Source: Candidatus Omnitrophota bacterium (GTDB lineage: Bacteria; Omnitrophota; Gorgyraeia; Gygaellales; Profunditerraquicolaceae). Taken from it: 64,000 nt of DNA. Both the position numbers and the translations under genes were made by a program. The notes beneath the pieces are model-generated. The model did no database searches, was not told the DNA's origin, and worked only from the letters and a program-made list of their open reading frames with translations. The stretch's first letter is position 1, and each line of letters begins with the position of its first letter. Positions 19,458 through 29,106 of this stretch are shown here, one piece after another. The stretch spans positions 4,814 to 68,813 of the forward strand of contig JACQXK010000085.1 of the NCBI GenBank assembly GCA_016208765.1, written 5' to 3'.

Positions 19458-19964
19458 ATGAAAAGGATAGCTGTAGTTTTTGCAGGGTTGTTTTTTTGTT
19501 TAATAGTATTAACCGGCGTTGCCCATGCCGCGGATAAATTTGCTTACGTTGACCTGAGCCGCTTGTTTGGAGAATACTCAAAGACTAAAGATTTTGATAA
19601 GGTTCTCGGAGACAAAGAGGAACTTTATACCAAAGAAAGAGATAAAAAAGTAAACGAGATCAAAAGTTTTCAGGACAAGTATAATTTATTAAGCGAGAAG
19701 GAAAAAAATGCCAAGAAGACCGAGTTGGAAAACAAGGTAAAGGTCCTTCAGGAATACGACAGGCAAAAACAGACTGACCTGCGTAAAGAGCAGGATGATA
19801 AAATGAAGGAGATCCTTAAGGACATTGAAGATGCAGTAAAGAAATATGCCGAGAAGGAAGGTTATACTATGGTTTTTAATGACCGTGTCCTGGTATATCA
19901 GACAAAGAATTATGATATCACAGATAAAGTTGTTGAGATTTTAAACAGCGGGTATAAGAAATAA
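19458..19964 (+). CDS. skp: Periplasmic chaperone Skp/OmpH
   Basis: Signal peptide, KFAYVD, coiled coil, DITDKV; follows bamA. Confidence 0.9.
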   Translation: MKRIAVVFAGLFFCLIVLTGVAHAADKFAYVDLSRLFGEYSKTKDFDKVLGDKEELYTKERDKKVNEIKSFQDKYNLLSEKEKNAKKTELENKVKVLQEYDRQKQTDLRKEQDDKMKEILKDIEDAVKKYAEKEGYTMVFNDRVLVYQTKNYDITDKVVEILNSGYKK

Positions 19965-19972
19965 CTTTTTTT

Positions 19973-21013
19973 ATGCAAAAAACCCTGAGAGAAATAGCTA
20001 AATTTCTAGGCGGGGAAGTTGTCGGGGATGAAAATACAGTAATAAAGGGCGTAGCCGGTATAAAAGAAGCGCATAACGGCGATATAACATTTCTTGCGAA
20101 CCCTAAGTATTACCCACTAATAGATAAAACCCAGGCCTCTGCAATTATTACAGCGCGTGAGCCGGTAGCATCAAGCAAACCGATTATCCGTACTGATGAT
20201 GCCTCTTTGGCATTTGCCAAGGTTATTTCTTTGTTAGCACCAAGCGACATTTCGCATCCTGCCGGGATACATAAAACCGCGATTATCGGGAAGAATGTTT
20301 CTCTGGGGAAGAACGTTTGCCTTGGCCCTTATGTTGTTGTAGAAGATAATGCGCAAATAGGGGAAAATTCTATAATTTATTCCGGAACTTATATCGGTAG
20401 CTATGTAAAAATAGGACAAGCTGTTGTTATTTATCCGAATGTTTCTGTGCGTGAGCGAGTCAGCATAGGCAACAGGGTGATTATTCATAGCGGAACAGTA
20501 ATTGGTTCGGATGGTTTTGGTTTTGTTAATGTAAAGGGCTTGCATCAAAAAATACCTCAGATTGGAACAGTAGAGATCGGGGACGATGTTGAAATTGGGG
20601 CAAATGTCGCCATTGACCGCGCCCGTTTTGATAAGACAATTATTTCTAAAGGCACAAAGATTGATAATTTGGTGCACATTGCCCATAATGTTGTCGTAGG
20701 AGAAAACTCAATTATTGTCGCCCAGGCAGGGATTTCCGGCTCAACGGTTATCGGGAAAAATGTTACCCTTGCAGGGCAAGCAGGGTTAGTCGGGCATATT
20801 ACAATCGGAGATGGGGCAGTGGTAGCAGCACAGGCAGGCGTAACAAAATCAGTTCCTGAAAATACCATTGTATCCGGTTATCCTGCAAGAGAGCATAATG
20901 CCGCAAGAAAAATTAATGCCTTCGTGCAGAACCTTCCGCGTATGCATGAAGAGCTCAAGGAGCTTAAGAAGAGAATCGCAGAATTAGAAATCAAGCTAAA
21001 AGAAAAAGAGTAA
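19973..21013 (+). CDS. lpxD: UDP-3-O-acylglucosamine N-acyltransferase
   Basis: GSDGFGF, KIDNLVHIAHNV and hexapeptide repeats. Confidence 0.96.
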   Translation: MQKTLREIAKFLGGEVVGDENTVIKGVAGIKEAHNGDITFLANPKYYPLIDKTQASAIITAREPVASSKPIIRTDDASLAFAKVISLLAPSDISHPAGIHKTAIIGKNVSLGKNVCLGPYVVVEDNAQIGENSIIYSGTYIGSYVKIGQAVVIYPNVSVRERVSIGNRVIIHSGTVIGSDGFGFVNVKGLHQKIPQIGTVEIGDDVEIGANVAIDRARFDKTIISKGTKIDNLVHIAHNVVVGENSIIVAQAGISGSTVIGKNVTLAGQAGLVGHITIGDGAVVAAQAGVTKSVPENTIVSGYPAREHNAARKINAFVQNLPRMHEELKELKKRIAELEIKLKEKE

Positions 21014-21020
21014 ACTCATT

Positions 21021-22337
21021 ATGAATAAACAAACAACTATTGCAACAGAGTTAAGTTTAAAGGGGATCGGGTTACATACCGCAAAAAAAGTAAGTATTAC
21101 CCTTAAGCCGGCTGGGGCAGATGCAGGAATAAATTTTATACGTATTGATTTGCCGCAAAGGCCGGTAATAAAGGCGGCAGTGGAGAATTTAGTTTCTCCT
21201 GAGCGTTCTCCCCGCAGGACAACCATATCCGCAGGCAACGCCGAGGTGCAGACAGTTGAACATCTTATGGCCTGCTTATTTGGTTTGGGGATTGATAATC
21301 TTTATATTGAGATTGATAATGAAGAAGTCCCCGGGTTAGACGGCAGCGGCAAGAGTTTTCTTGAGGCATTAACAAAGGCGGGGATAAAAGAGCTTGAGAA
21401 GGAAAAGCATGTTTTTTCTGTAAAAGAGCCGATGTATGTGGAAGAGGAGGGCGGTTCTATTATTGTATTGCCGTCTAATAATTTTAAGATTTCATATACC
21501 TTAAGCTATAACCAGCCGGTTGAGCGGACAGAATTTCTTGAATTGTCCTTAGATTCCGAAGTATTTATCAGAGAGATTGCCTCGGCACGTACATTTTGCC
21601 TTGAAAGCGAAGCTAATGAATTACAGCAAAGAGGCTTGGGGCTGGGGGCGAATTATGATAATACGCTTGTCTTGGGCAAGAACGGGGTGATCAAAAATAC
21701 CCTGCGTTATGACAACGAATTTATCAGGCACAAGATCCTTGATTTAATGGGTGATCTTTATTTGGTGGGATGTCCTTTAAAGGCCCATGTGATTGCCATA
21801 AAAAGCGGCCATTCGCAGAATATAAAAATCGCAAAGAAAATCAATGAGCAAAAATTGAAATCTCTTACCGGCGGGATTGGCGCAGGTTTTCATGTTCAGC
21901 AAGACGGACAGCTTGATGTAACAACGATTATGAAGATCCTTCCGCACCGCGAGCCGTTTTTGTTTGTGGACAGGATCGTGCATTTGGAAAAAGGAAAACG
22001 CGCTGTTGGGATAAAGAATGTTACTATTAACGATTATTTCTTTAAGGGCCATTTTCCCGGAAGGCCGGTAATGCCGGGTGTGATCATTGTTGAGGCTATG
22101 GCGCAGGTGGGTGGCGTGATGATGCTTGCTCCCGAGGAGAATCGGGGGAAGCTTGCGTTTTTTATGGCAGCGAATAATATTAAATTCAGAAAAACAGTTG
22201 TACCAGGGGATCAGCTTGTAATGGAAGTTGTCGCCGGTAAGATCAAGTCTAAGACAGGGCAGGTGCATGCCAAGGCAACAGTTGATGGCAAGGTTGTTAC
22301 TGAAGCGGACTTAATGTTTGCGCTTGTTGAGAATTAA
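21021..22337 (+). CDS. lpxC: Bifunctional LpxC deacetylase / FabZ dehydratase
   Basis: TVEHL and RHKILDL (LpxC) fused to LPHREPFLFVD...GHFP...MPGV (FabZ). Confidence 0.95.
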   Translation: MNKQTTIATELSLKGIGLHTAKKVSITLKPAGADAGINFIRIDLPQRPVIKAAVENLVSPERSPRRTTISAGNAEVQTVEHLMACLFGLGIDNLYIEIDNEEVPGLDGSGKSFLEALTKAGIKELEKEKHVFSVKEPMYVEEEGGSIIVLPSNNFKISYTLSYNQPVERTEFLELSLDSEVFIREIASARTFCLESEANELQQRGLGLGANYDNTLVLGKNGVIKNTLRYDNEFIRHKILDLMGDLYLVGCPLKAHVIAIKSGHSQNIKIAKKINEQKLKSLTGGIGAGFHVQQDGQLDVTTIMKILPHREPFLFVDRIVHLEKGKRAVGIKNVTINDYFFKGHFPGRPVMPGVIIVEAMAQVGGVMMLAPEENRGKLAFFMAANNIKFRKTVVPGDQLVMEVVAGKIKSKTGQVHAKATVDGKVVTEADLMFALVEN

Positions 22338-22339
22338 TT

Positions 22340-23128
22340 ATGCAAATACATCCTACTGCGATTGTTTCAAAGAAGGCAAAACTTGGGCAAGGTGTTTGCG
22401 TCGGGCCGTTTTCTTCAATTAGTGATAATGCGGTTATAGGGGATAATACTGTAATCGGTAGCCACTGCGTGGTTGAAGGAAATACTGCCATCGGAAGCAA
22501 TTGCCGAATTTTTACCGGGGCAGTTGTAGGCAGCCAGCCGCAGGACTTAAAGTTTAAAGGTGAAAAAGTATTTCTTGAAATTGGCGACAATAATATTATC
22601 CGCGAATATTGCACCTTAAATCCCGGCACAGAAGAAGGCGGGAAGACGACTGTCGGAAGCAATAATCTTTTTATGGCATATTCGCATATTGCCCACGACT
22701 GCTGCGTAGGTAATTACTGTGTTCTTGCTAATAGCGGCACCCTTGCAGGACATGTAACCATTGAAGACAGGGCAGTAGTGGGGGGATTAGTGGCAATTCA
22801 TCAGTTTGTGCGCGTTGGCAAACTTTCTATTATAGGCGGTTGTTCAAAGGTTGTGCATGATATTCCTCCTTATTCAACTTGCGACGGGCATCCGGCTGCA
22901 GTTTTCGGGTTAAACCTCGTCGGCTTAAGGCGCAATAGCATTCCCAAGGATTCCCTGCAGGCGCTTGATAAAGCATACAGATTACTTTTTAATTCCGGTT
23001 TCTTGATCAAGAATGCTTTAGAAAAAGTCTTAAAAGAAGTCAAACTTACTCCAGAGGTATCTCACCTTATTGATTTTGTTAAAAAATCAGAGCGGGGCAT
23101 TGCGCGCTCTTGCCGTAAAGCAAATTAA
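22340..23128 (+). CDS. lpxA: UDP-N-acetylglucosamine acyltransferase
   Basis: IHPTA, PQDLKF, HIAHDC and HQFVR motifs. Confidence 0.96.
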   Translation: MQIHPTAIVSKKAKLGQGVCVGPFSSISDNAVIGDNTVIGSHCVVEGNTAIGSNCRIFTGAVVGSQPQDLKFKGEKVFLEIGDNNIIREYCTLNPGTEEGGKTTVGSNNLFMAYSHIAHDCCVGNYCVLANSGTLAGHVTIEDRAVVGGLVAIHQFVRVGKLSIIGGCSKVVHDIPPYSTCDGHPAAVFGLNLVGLRRNSIPKDSLQALDKAYRLLFNSGFLIKNALEKVLKEVKLTPEVSHLIDFVKKSERGIARSCRKAN

Positions 23129-23132
23129 AATC

Positions 23133-23936
23133 ATGGAAAAGATCGGCCTGATTGCTGGTAACCGCAAATTCCCTTTGCTTTTTGCAAAAGAGGCAAAGAA
23201 GAAAAACTATTCTATTGTGGCTGTTGCCATTAAAGGGGACACGTCGGGGAAGCTTAAGAAACTTGTAGATAAGATTTATTGGCTTGGGCTTAGCGAGTAT
23301 AGCCGGTTGTTTAAGATATTTAAAGACGAGGGAATTACAAAGGTGGTAATGGCAGGGCAGATCAGCCCGCGCAGGCTTTTTAGCAAAGAGATTAATAAGG
23401 ATCCCGAGTTAAGGGATTTGCTTTCTTCCATAAAAGACAAAAGAGCGGATACGATCTTTGGAAAGATCGCCGAAAAATTAAAAGAGCACGGCCTTGAGCT
23501 TTTGGATTCAACGATTTTTATCACAGATTATCTTCCTAAAAAAGGTGTGTTAACTAAGAAAAAACCGGATGAATTGCTTTCTGAAGATATTGATTTTGGG
23601 CTGCATTTAGCAAAGGCTGTAGGGGAGTTGGATATCGGACAGACTGTGGCAGTAAAGTCAAAGGCAATCATTGCAGTTGAAGCATTGGAAGGGACGGATA
23701 ATTTAATTAAAAGATCCGGTAAGATCAGCCGTGGAGGGATTACTATTGTTAAGGTTAGTAAACCCAAACAGGATATGCGTTTTGATGTTCCGGTAGTGGG
23801 GCTTAATACAATTAAGAACCTTATTCGTATAGGAGCGCAATGCCTTGCTATTGAAGCAGATAAAACACTTTTTATAGATAAAAAAGAAAGCCTGGCCTTG
23901 GCAGACAAAAAGGGCCTTATAATAGTGGCAGTCTAA
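23133..23936 (+). CDS. lpxI: UDP-2,3-diacylglucosamine hydrolase LpxI family
   Basis: IGLIAGN, DIGQTV, AVEALEGTD, KPKQDMRFDVPVVG; ATG 23133. Confidence 0.9.
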   Translation: MEKIGLIAGNRKFPLLFAKEAKKKNYSIVAVAIKGDTSGKLKKLVDKIYWLGLSEYSRLFKIFKDEGITKVVMAGQISPRRLFSKEINKDPELRDLLSSIKDKRADTIFGKIAEKLKEHGLELLDSTIFITDYLPKKGVLTKKKPDELLSEDIDFGLHLAKAVGELDIGQTVAVKSKAIIAVEALEGTDNLIKRSGKISRGGITIVKVSKPKQDMRFDVPVVGLNTIKNLIRIGAQCLAIEADKTLFIDKKESLALADKKGLIIVAV

Positions 23937-23942
23937 AAATTC

Positions 23943-23971
23943 TTGACATAAGTTCAGTTGTTGTGTATAAA
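23943..23971 (+). promoter_or_regulatory. Sigma70-type promoter
   Basis: TTGACA (23943-23948), 17 bp, TATAAA (23966-23971), then AAGGAGG RBS. Confidence 0.7.
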
Positions 23972-24003
23972 TAAGTTGTCTGTTCATTAAAAGGAGGTTA
24001 GTC

Positions 24004-24279
24004 ATGGCTATGGTAACAAGGAATAAGGCAATGGAATTTAAGTTATATTCTCCTCAAGCAAGGAAAGTAAGCCTTGCAGGAAGTTTTAACAATTGGGATG
24101 TTAAGGCAAATTCCGCTAAGAAAGATACTAAGGGAAATTGGGTGGTAAAAGCCAGTCTTAAACCAGGAAGATATGAATACAAGTTCTTTGTTGACGGAGC
24201 ATGGACTAATGATCCTCGTTGCACAAGTTGTGTTACAAATAATTTTGGGACGCAGAATTGCGTGGTTGAAATAAAGTAG
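24004..24279 (+). CDS. Stand-alone glycogen-binding (CBM48/AMPK-beta-like) protein
   Basis: VSLAGSFNNW...W...L.PGRYEYKFFVDG.W..DP...N.FG..N. Confidence 0.88.
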   Translation: MAMVTRNKAMEFKLYSPQARKVSLAGSFNNWDVKANSAKKDTKGNWVVKASLKPGRYEYKFFVDGAWTNDPRCTSCVTNNFGTQNCVVEIK

Positions 24280-24294
24280 GTTTAAATATAGCTG

Positions 24295-24355
24295 CCCCAC
24301 ACCAGTTGAAGATAACTTAAGCTAAATTTCTAATTGGTGTGGGGATTTTCTTTTT
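24295..24355 (+). terminator. Long hairpin with T-rich tail (terminator or REP-like)
   Basis: CCCCACACCAGTT...AATTGGTGTGGGG followed by ATTTTCTTTTT. Confidence 0.55.
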
Positions 24356-24358
24356 ACG

Positions 24359-25078
24359 ATGAAATACATTTACGGCCCGGTAAAATCCAGGCGTTTAGGC
24401 ATGTCTTTGGGCATAAGCTTAACCCCTCATAAAATCTGCAGCCTGGATTGTGTTTATTGCCAGCTGGGGAAAACCAGTGTTTTAACCTCAAGGCGCAAAG
24501 AATATATTAAGATTGTTGATATTCTTGAAGAGATAAAGCTGTGGCTTGAGAATAATTGCGGCGATGCCAGGAAGCTGCAATTTGTTACCCTTTCCGGGGC
24601 AGGGGAACCTTCATTAAATATCGGGATCGGGAAACTGATTTCAGGGATTAAGAAACTGACAGGTTTGAGTGTGGCAGTAATTACTAATGCCTCGTTACTT
24701 TCTAATGAGAGACTCAGGAAAGATTTATTAGCGGCTGATTTAATTGTGCCTTCTTTGGATGCGGTTAGCCAGGGAATTTTTGAAAAGATTGACCGTCCGG
24801 TAAAAGGCATCAGGGCCAAAGATATTGTTAATGGTTTAATTAAACTCAGGAAAGAATTCCCTGGGAAAATTTGGCTTGAGGTAATGATTGTTAAGGGGAT
24901 TAATGACAGTTTAGAGGAAATCAGGAAAATTAAAGCAGCAGCAGATAAAATTGGCCCTGATTTAATCCAGATTAATTCTCCTGTGCGCACAACTACTGAA
25001 AAGAATGTATTTTCAGTTTCTAAAGAGACGCTAAAAAAAATTAAAGAGATTTTTGGCGATAAGGCCAAGATTATTTGA
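24359..25078 (+). CDS. Radical SAM Fe-S oxidoreductase
   Basis: YGPVKSRRLGMSLGI and CSLDCVYC (CxxxCxxC), GEP motif. Confidence 0.88.
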   Translation: MKYIYGPVKSRRLGMSLGISLTPHKICSLDCVYCQLGKTSVLTSRRKEYIKIVDILEEIKLWLENNCGDARKLQFVTLSGAGEPSLNIGIGKLISGIKKLTGLSVAVITNASLLSNERLRKDLLAADLIVPSLDAVSQGIFEKIDRPVKGIRAKDIVNGLIKLRKEFPGKIWLEVMIVKGINDSLEEIRKIKAAADKIGPDLIQINSPVRTTTEKNVFSVSKETLKKIKEIFGDKAKII

Positions 25079-25079
25079 C

Positions 25080-25125
25080 GCGCCCATGGCCCAATGGATA
25101 GGGCACCAGTCTTCGGAACTGGGGA
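25080..25125 (+). pseudogene. 5' fragment of tRNA-Arg (anticodon TCG), probable prophage attachment site
   Basis: GCGCCCA acceptor 5' strand, D arm GCCC-AATGGATA-GGGC, anticodon arm CCAGT-CTTCGGA-ACTGG, then no T arm or 3' acceptor strand; integrase stop lies ~70 bp further on. Confidence 0.85.
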
Positions 25126-25135
25126 CTATCTATAC

Positions 25136-25189
25136 TAACTTGTTGATAATGTTATAGTTAAGTTTCTATGTGTGAATAAAACTGTGAAT
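25136..25189. promoter_or_regulatory. att arm: IHF-like site and paired integrase arm-type repeats
   Basis: TAACTTGTTGATA fits YAANNNNTTGATW; direct repeat TGTGAAT at 25171 and 25183. Confidence 0.5.
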
Positions 25190-25193
25190 GAAA

Positions 25194-26207
25194 TCAAAAT
25201 CTCAATTTATTTACTGCTACTTTTATATGTTCTTTACTAAGGTGGCTATAAATCATCGTGGTTGTAATTGAAGAGTGCCCTAAAAGATCTTTCACGGTGT
25301 TTAAATCTACTCCATTCATAACTAAATGAGAAGCGAAGGTGTGTCTTAGTGTATGCCAACCAATACCCATTAATTTCCCTATTTTCAGGATCCTTTTGAA
25401 TACCCGTCTTTGATTGGTGGTGTCAAAACAAGGCCCTTTTTCCTTGCGTAGAGGAACCAAGATAGATCTAAGCTTATCATGTAAGGGTATTACCCTGAAT
25501 TTCTTTGATTTAGTGGTAAAACCCTCTTTATTCTTTACGGTGATCTGTTTTCGTGTGAAATCTACATCTGACCATTCCAAGCTGAATAGTTCCGCTTGGC
25601 GCATACCGGTATATATAGCAGTGGCAATAACTGGATATAAGACAGTATCCCTGTCTGTATAAATATCAGGGTTCTGCGCAGCAGTAAGTAATTCTTCTAT
25701 TTCTTCTCTGCTTAAAAATCTTTTTGGGTTTAATGGTATCTTATACTTTTTTACATTTCGTAGTGGATTATCAGTGACGTATTGCATTTTAACGGCCCAG
25801 TTAAGCCAAGCCTTAAGATTTATGATTGTGTTGTTTGCTTCATAAAGGCTGATTTTGTCGTTATTTATCCTATGGTTTAGATATTCCTGCAATTTGTTTT
25901 CAGAAATTCTATTAACAGTGAGAGTTGCCGCCCAAGACAAGAATCTTTTTATACGAGATTCTGTGCCAAGATTAACATCTCTTACACGGCGATGTTCATT
26001 GAATTGTTGATATTCTTCAAGAAGAGAAGAACAGTTTCTTTGATTATCTGGGGCAATGTTATTGCCTTCAATTAACGATTGATCTTGTTTATTCTTGAGA
26101 TATATAGCTTGTGAGCGGTCTTTAGTTTTTAAACTCCTGCGATAAAGCTTTCCATTCTTATAAAAAGCAAGCCAGTATATTTGATCGCGACGATATAAAT
26201 GTGACAT
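25194..26207 (-). CDS. int: Tyrosine recombinase (phage integrase)
   Basis: TGMRQAEL, HTLRHTFASHL and LLGHSSITTTMIY give the R-H-R-H-Y catalytic set. Confidence 0.95.
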   Translation of the reverse strand: MSHLYRRDQIYWLAFYKNGKLYRRSLKTKDRSQAIYLKNKQDQSLIEGNNIAPDNQRNCSSLLEEYQQFNEHRRVRDVNLGTESRIKRFLSWAATLTVNRISENKLQEYLNHRINNDKISLYEANNTIINLKAWLNWAVKMQYVTDNPLRNVKKYKIPLNPKRFLSREEIEELLTAAQNPDIYTDRDTVLYPVIATAIYTGMRQAELFSLEWSDVDFTRKQITVKNKEGFTTKSKKFRVIPLHDKLRSILVPLRKEKGPCFDTTNQRRVFKRILKIGKLMGIGWHTLRHTFASHLVMNGVDLNTVKDLLGHSSITTTMIYSHLSKEHIKVAVNKLRF

Positions 26208-26208
26208 A

Positions 26209-26907
26209 TTAACAAAGTTTGTCTATAATCTTATCAAAGATATTTTTTGCTGCATTAGGCGACGATGGTATTACTCCTATTGGCAGAGTTTCTTTTTCTT
26301 GGCCAATAGAAACCCCGATTATAAGGTGGCGGTCTATCGTCTTTACATATTTCCAGTTTGAATCAACCCGGGGATTAACTGTTTCAGGGAATAGATCTAA
26401 TACTTTTAATATGACAATAGTGTTAAATGCCGGACAAAAGCGGAATTTATGTGTATTGGCCAGAAGGTAGTGTTTTATACGTTCCTTGTCAAAGATAAAT
26501 GTGCCGTCAAGGTCAAAGTGGCCATAGCAAAGCCATTCTGTGTCACTTGATAGTGGCATCATCGTCTGTATGCAGCGCCAAGGGTTAAATGCTGGGTATT
26601 GCCGCGCATCTCCGTGGCAGTATTGAACAGGATCGTGTGATAATTTGCGCAGAGCATAGCAGTTACAATAATGAAACACTTCATCCCAAGGCATTTCTTT
26701 TCCATCAATAAATACATACTTGTTGCGGAAACCTTTAAGAAATTGAGACATGCGGTAAGATTGGTCTGATTCTTCCCGGGTAAAAGTAACTGAATAGATA
26801 TCTTTTGAATGATTAAAAGTTTTATGTTTTTGTGCCTCAAGAAGAATAAATCTGAAGCGCGGAGAAGTAGATTGATAGAACTCTATAGTTAAGGTACGGT
26901 AGGGCAT
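26209..26907 (-). CDS. Hypothetical Cys-containing protein of the lysogeny operon
   Basis: 232-aa ORF abutting int and overlapping the lipoprotein gene; no family recognised. Confidence 0.7.
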   Translation of the reverse strand: MPYRTLTIEFYQSTSPRFRFILLEAQKHKTFNHSKDIYSVTFTREESDQSYRMSQFLKGFRNKYVFIDGKEMPWDEVFHYCNCYALRKLSHDPVQYCHGDARQYPAFNPWRCIQTMMPLSSDTEWLCYGHFDLDGTFIFDKERIKHYLLANTHKFRFCPAFNTIVILKVLDLFPETVNPRVDSNWKYVKTIDRHLIIGVSIGQEKETLPIGVIPSSPNAAKNIFDKIIDKLC

Positions 26908-27389
26908 TTTACTTCTGTGAATTTGATTTCTTCTATCCAGATGTTTTTTATTCCATTAGATTCTAATGTAAAATATAGCTTTCCGGATTTTTCTAAATTT
27001 GACGGTTTAGGAGGAATCATCCAAGCAGTATTGTCTGCAATTCTCTCTGGAATCAAAACTTCTGCGAATTTTGATTTAGGGGGAATTGGCATAAAGGGCT
27101 GCTGCATATCTGAATGTATCTTTTTTGCCTGTCCTCTTATTAACCTTTGAGTGATACCTTCAGTTGTGACATAACTGGATTCATCTAATAAAAATTTAAC
27201 CATATTGTCAGTATTGTTTTGTATAATTACAGTCCATGCTGATCCAATTGGCACTAAGGTTATGCTTATGCCATTTATTTTCTGTAAAGTGGTAAAATTC
27301 TCATTATAAATAGGGCCTTGATATCCCCTGTATTGAGGAGTAACACATCCGGACAATATAAGCATAAGTAGCAAAACTGTTTTTTTCAT
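26889..27389 (-). CDS. Lipoprotein, possible superinfection-exclusion factor
   Basis: MKKTVLLLMLILSGC lipobox; ATG 27389 overlaps the repressor end and follows AAGGAAGG. Confidence 0.75.
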   Translation of the reverse strand: MKKTVLLLMLILSGCVTPQYRGYQGPIYNENFTTLQKINGISITLVPIGSAWTVIIQNNTDNMVKFLLDESSYVTTEGITQRLIRGQAKKIHSDMQQPFMPIPPKSKFAEVLIPERIADNTAWMIPPKPSNLEKSGKLYFTLESNGIKNIWIEEIKFTEVKCPTVP

Positions 27390-28009
27390 ACCTTCCTTTT
27401 TATTTCTGTTATTTTGAAACAACGGCATTCGTTCTTGCCTGATAAAGTTATTATATCATGTTTATCGTTTAACGGGACAAGATGAATGTTATTGTTAGAG
27501 TGCTTGATTTTTTTAACTGTAACGCCTTTACCGTCTTTACGGCAGAAAATCAAATCCCCGTCATTTATTTGCTTAGAGGGTTCTACAAGCAGCAAATCCC
27601 CATCAAATATTGTGCGTCTATCATCAGCCCGGCCAGTCATGCTATCGCCATGCGCACGGACATAAAAAGCATTAGCGTCTTTACTGTTTGTTGGTTCGTT
27701 TTCCGGGTAGTGTCCTACAGGATAGCTACCGTCACTCCAGTCAATAAACTTACCGCATGAGGCGTCAAATACAGGAATTAAGCGTTGATCAGGTTTTACA
27801 TAAACAGGTGGGGTTATACCATAAAGTTCATTTAAAGATATCCCAAAGATATCACAGAGCTTTTGACGCTGGGTAGGATTGGGGCCGTTTAATTCGGTTT
27901 CCCATGCAGATATGGCAGAAGGTCTTTTAAGACCCAATTTTAAAGCCAATTCTTTTTGGCTCCAGTTCTTTTCTTCACGCAACTGTTTTATACGTTGTCC
28001 TATGGTCAT
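27386..28009 (-). CDS. CI-like repressor (XRE HTH plus S24 peptidase)
   Basis: IKQLREEKNWSQKELA...ISAWE HTH; GDSM and VTVKK S24 dyad; divergent from the Cro-like gene. Confidence 0.92.
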   Translation of the reverse strand: MTIGQRIKQLREEKNWSQKELALKLGLKRPSAISAWETELNGPNPTQRQKLCDIFGISLNELYGITPPVYVKPDQRLIPVFDASCGKFIDWSDGSYPVGHYPENEPTNSKDANAFYVRAHGDSMTGRADDRRTIFDGDLLLVEPSKQINDGDLIFCRKDGKGVTVKKIKHSNNNIHLVPLNDKHDIITLSGKNECRCFKITEIKRKV

Positions 28010-28021
28010 AAGCATTTTATA

Positions 28022-28223
28022 TCACAAAATCTGTCAACCACCAAAGAAAATAATCACAGTAAATCTGTCTTTGAATAATATATTTCTCGTCGGTGTGATA
28101 AAATATGATAACTTAGTAAATAAAATCTGTGAGAAAAATACTTGACAAATACAGGAAATCTGTCATACTTTGACTAAGGTTGAAAGGAGCTATTTTTTTA
28201 AACTCAAATGTCAGAAAATCTGT
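28022..28223. promoter_or_regulatory. Switch region: operators ACAG-N5-CTGT and rightward early promoter
   Basis: Full sites at 28056-28068 and 28151-28163, near site 28211-28223, half sites ending 28034 and 28130; TTGACA (28142-28147), 16 bp, CATACT with an operator in the spacer. Confidence 0.75.
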
Positions 28224-28239
28224 CAAAGGAGAATAATCC

Positions 28240-28482
28240 ATGGGAATGATTAGGTTAAAGGAAGAAGTGATAAAAAACTGGCTGAAAAACAAAACCACGC
28301 CACCGCGCACCATTGAGGAGCTTGCTGAGTTAATGAAAATTGAGCCGAGTTTATTGTACATGATTTTTAGCGATGACCGCCAAGTTACTCCTAATGTTTT
28401 GCGCCGATTATGTGAAGTCACTGGTTACGATGTCGGTGACCTTTGTTTTTACGATCGCAATAAAGAGGAGAAAGATTCTTAA
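28240..28482 (+). CDS. Cro-like HTH regulator
   Basis: TIEELAELMKIEPSLLY HTH; first rightward gene; AAGGAG RBS. Confidence 0.75.
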   Translation: MGMIRLKEEVIKNWLKNKTTPPRTIEELAELMKIEPSLLYMIFSDDRQVTPNVLRRLCEVTGYDVGDLCFYDRNKEEKDS

Positions 28483-28531
28483 TTACATTATAACAGTTTT
28501 ATTTGTTTTTGTGCGGAATGGAGGGGGATAG

Positions 28532-28927
28532 ATGTCGGGAAAGCAAAGTTTAAGAAACGAACTCATAGAAGAAATTATGGAAGCGGTTTCAATTCAGGAT
28601 AACTTCTCGGCTGATGTAGAAAAAATTATTAATGATATTGATTTAAACGAACAGCTTGATCACGAAAACGACAAAATCCGCAACGATGCAATGCGTTTTT
28701 TTCTTAACGCATTGGAAGCATACAACGCCAAAGACTATGAAGGTATGCAAAAGTTTACCCACGCCGGAGTGCAAAAGCTCCATGAACAGGCAGAGGTTGA
28801 TTTTAAGGATGACAAACCAAGAGTCAATCTGCGCATAAAATTATCGGAGCTTAGTTTTAAAACCATAGAAAACAAAAAACAACTAACTCGTTTAATTGCA
28901 AGCATGAGGGGAGGCAAAAAGAGATGA
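28532..28927 (+). CDS. Hypothetical phage protein
   Basis: GGAGG RBS; ATGA coupling to the next gene. Confidence 0.7.
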   Translation: MSGKQSLRNELIEEIMEAVSIQDNFSADVEKIINDIDLNEQLDHENDKIRNDAMRFFLNALEAYNAKDYEGMQKFTHAGVQKLHEQAEVDFKDDKPRVNLRIKLSELSFKTIENKKQLTRLIASMRGGKKR

Positions 28928-29106
28928 CTCCCGAAATAGTTACTTTGCATGAAGCAGCAGAAATCCTAAGAATCAGCAAACATACAGCCTATAGAAGGTG
29001 GCACGAGTGGCGTGATTATGGCGTCCGGGTGCTTAAGATGCGGGCAAATGCCACTCCAAGGTTCTATCTTTCAGACCTGCTTAAGATGATGGAGGTGCAA
29101 AAATGA
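28924..29106 (+). CDS. Excisionase-like winged HTH protein
   Basis: VTLHEAAEILRISKHTAYR...PRF...DL, 60 aa. Confidence 0.7.
   Translation: MTPEIVTLHEAAEILRISKHTAYRRWHEWRDYGVRVLKMRANATPRFYLSDLLKMMEVQK

Noticed and set aside
21021-22337. LpxC-FabZ fusion and split transketolase as novelties
   Set aside because: Both arrangements are well known in several bacterial phyla.
25080-25160. Complete or intron-containing tRNA-Arg
   Set aside because: I found no T arm or TGGGCGC acceptor strand downstream in the window.
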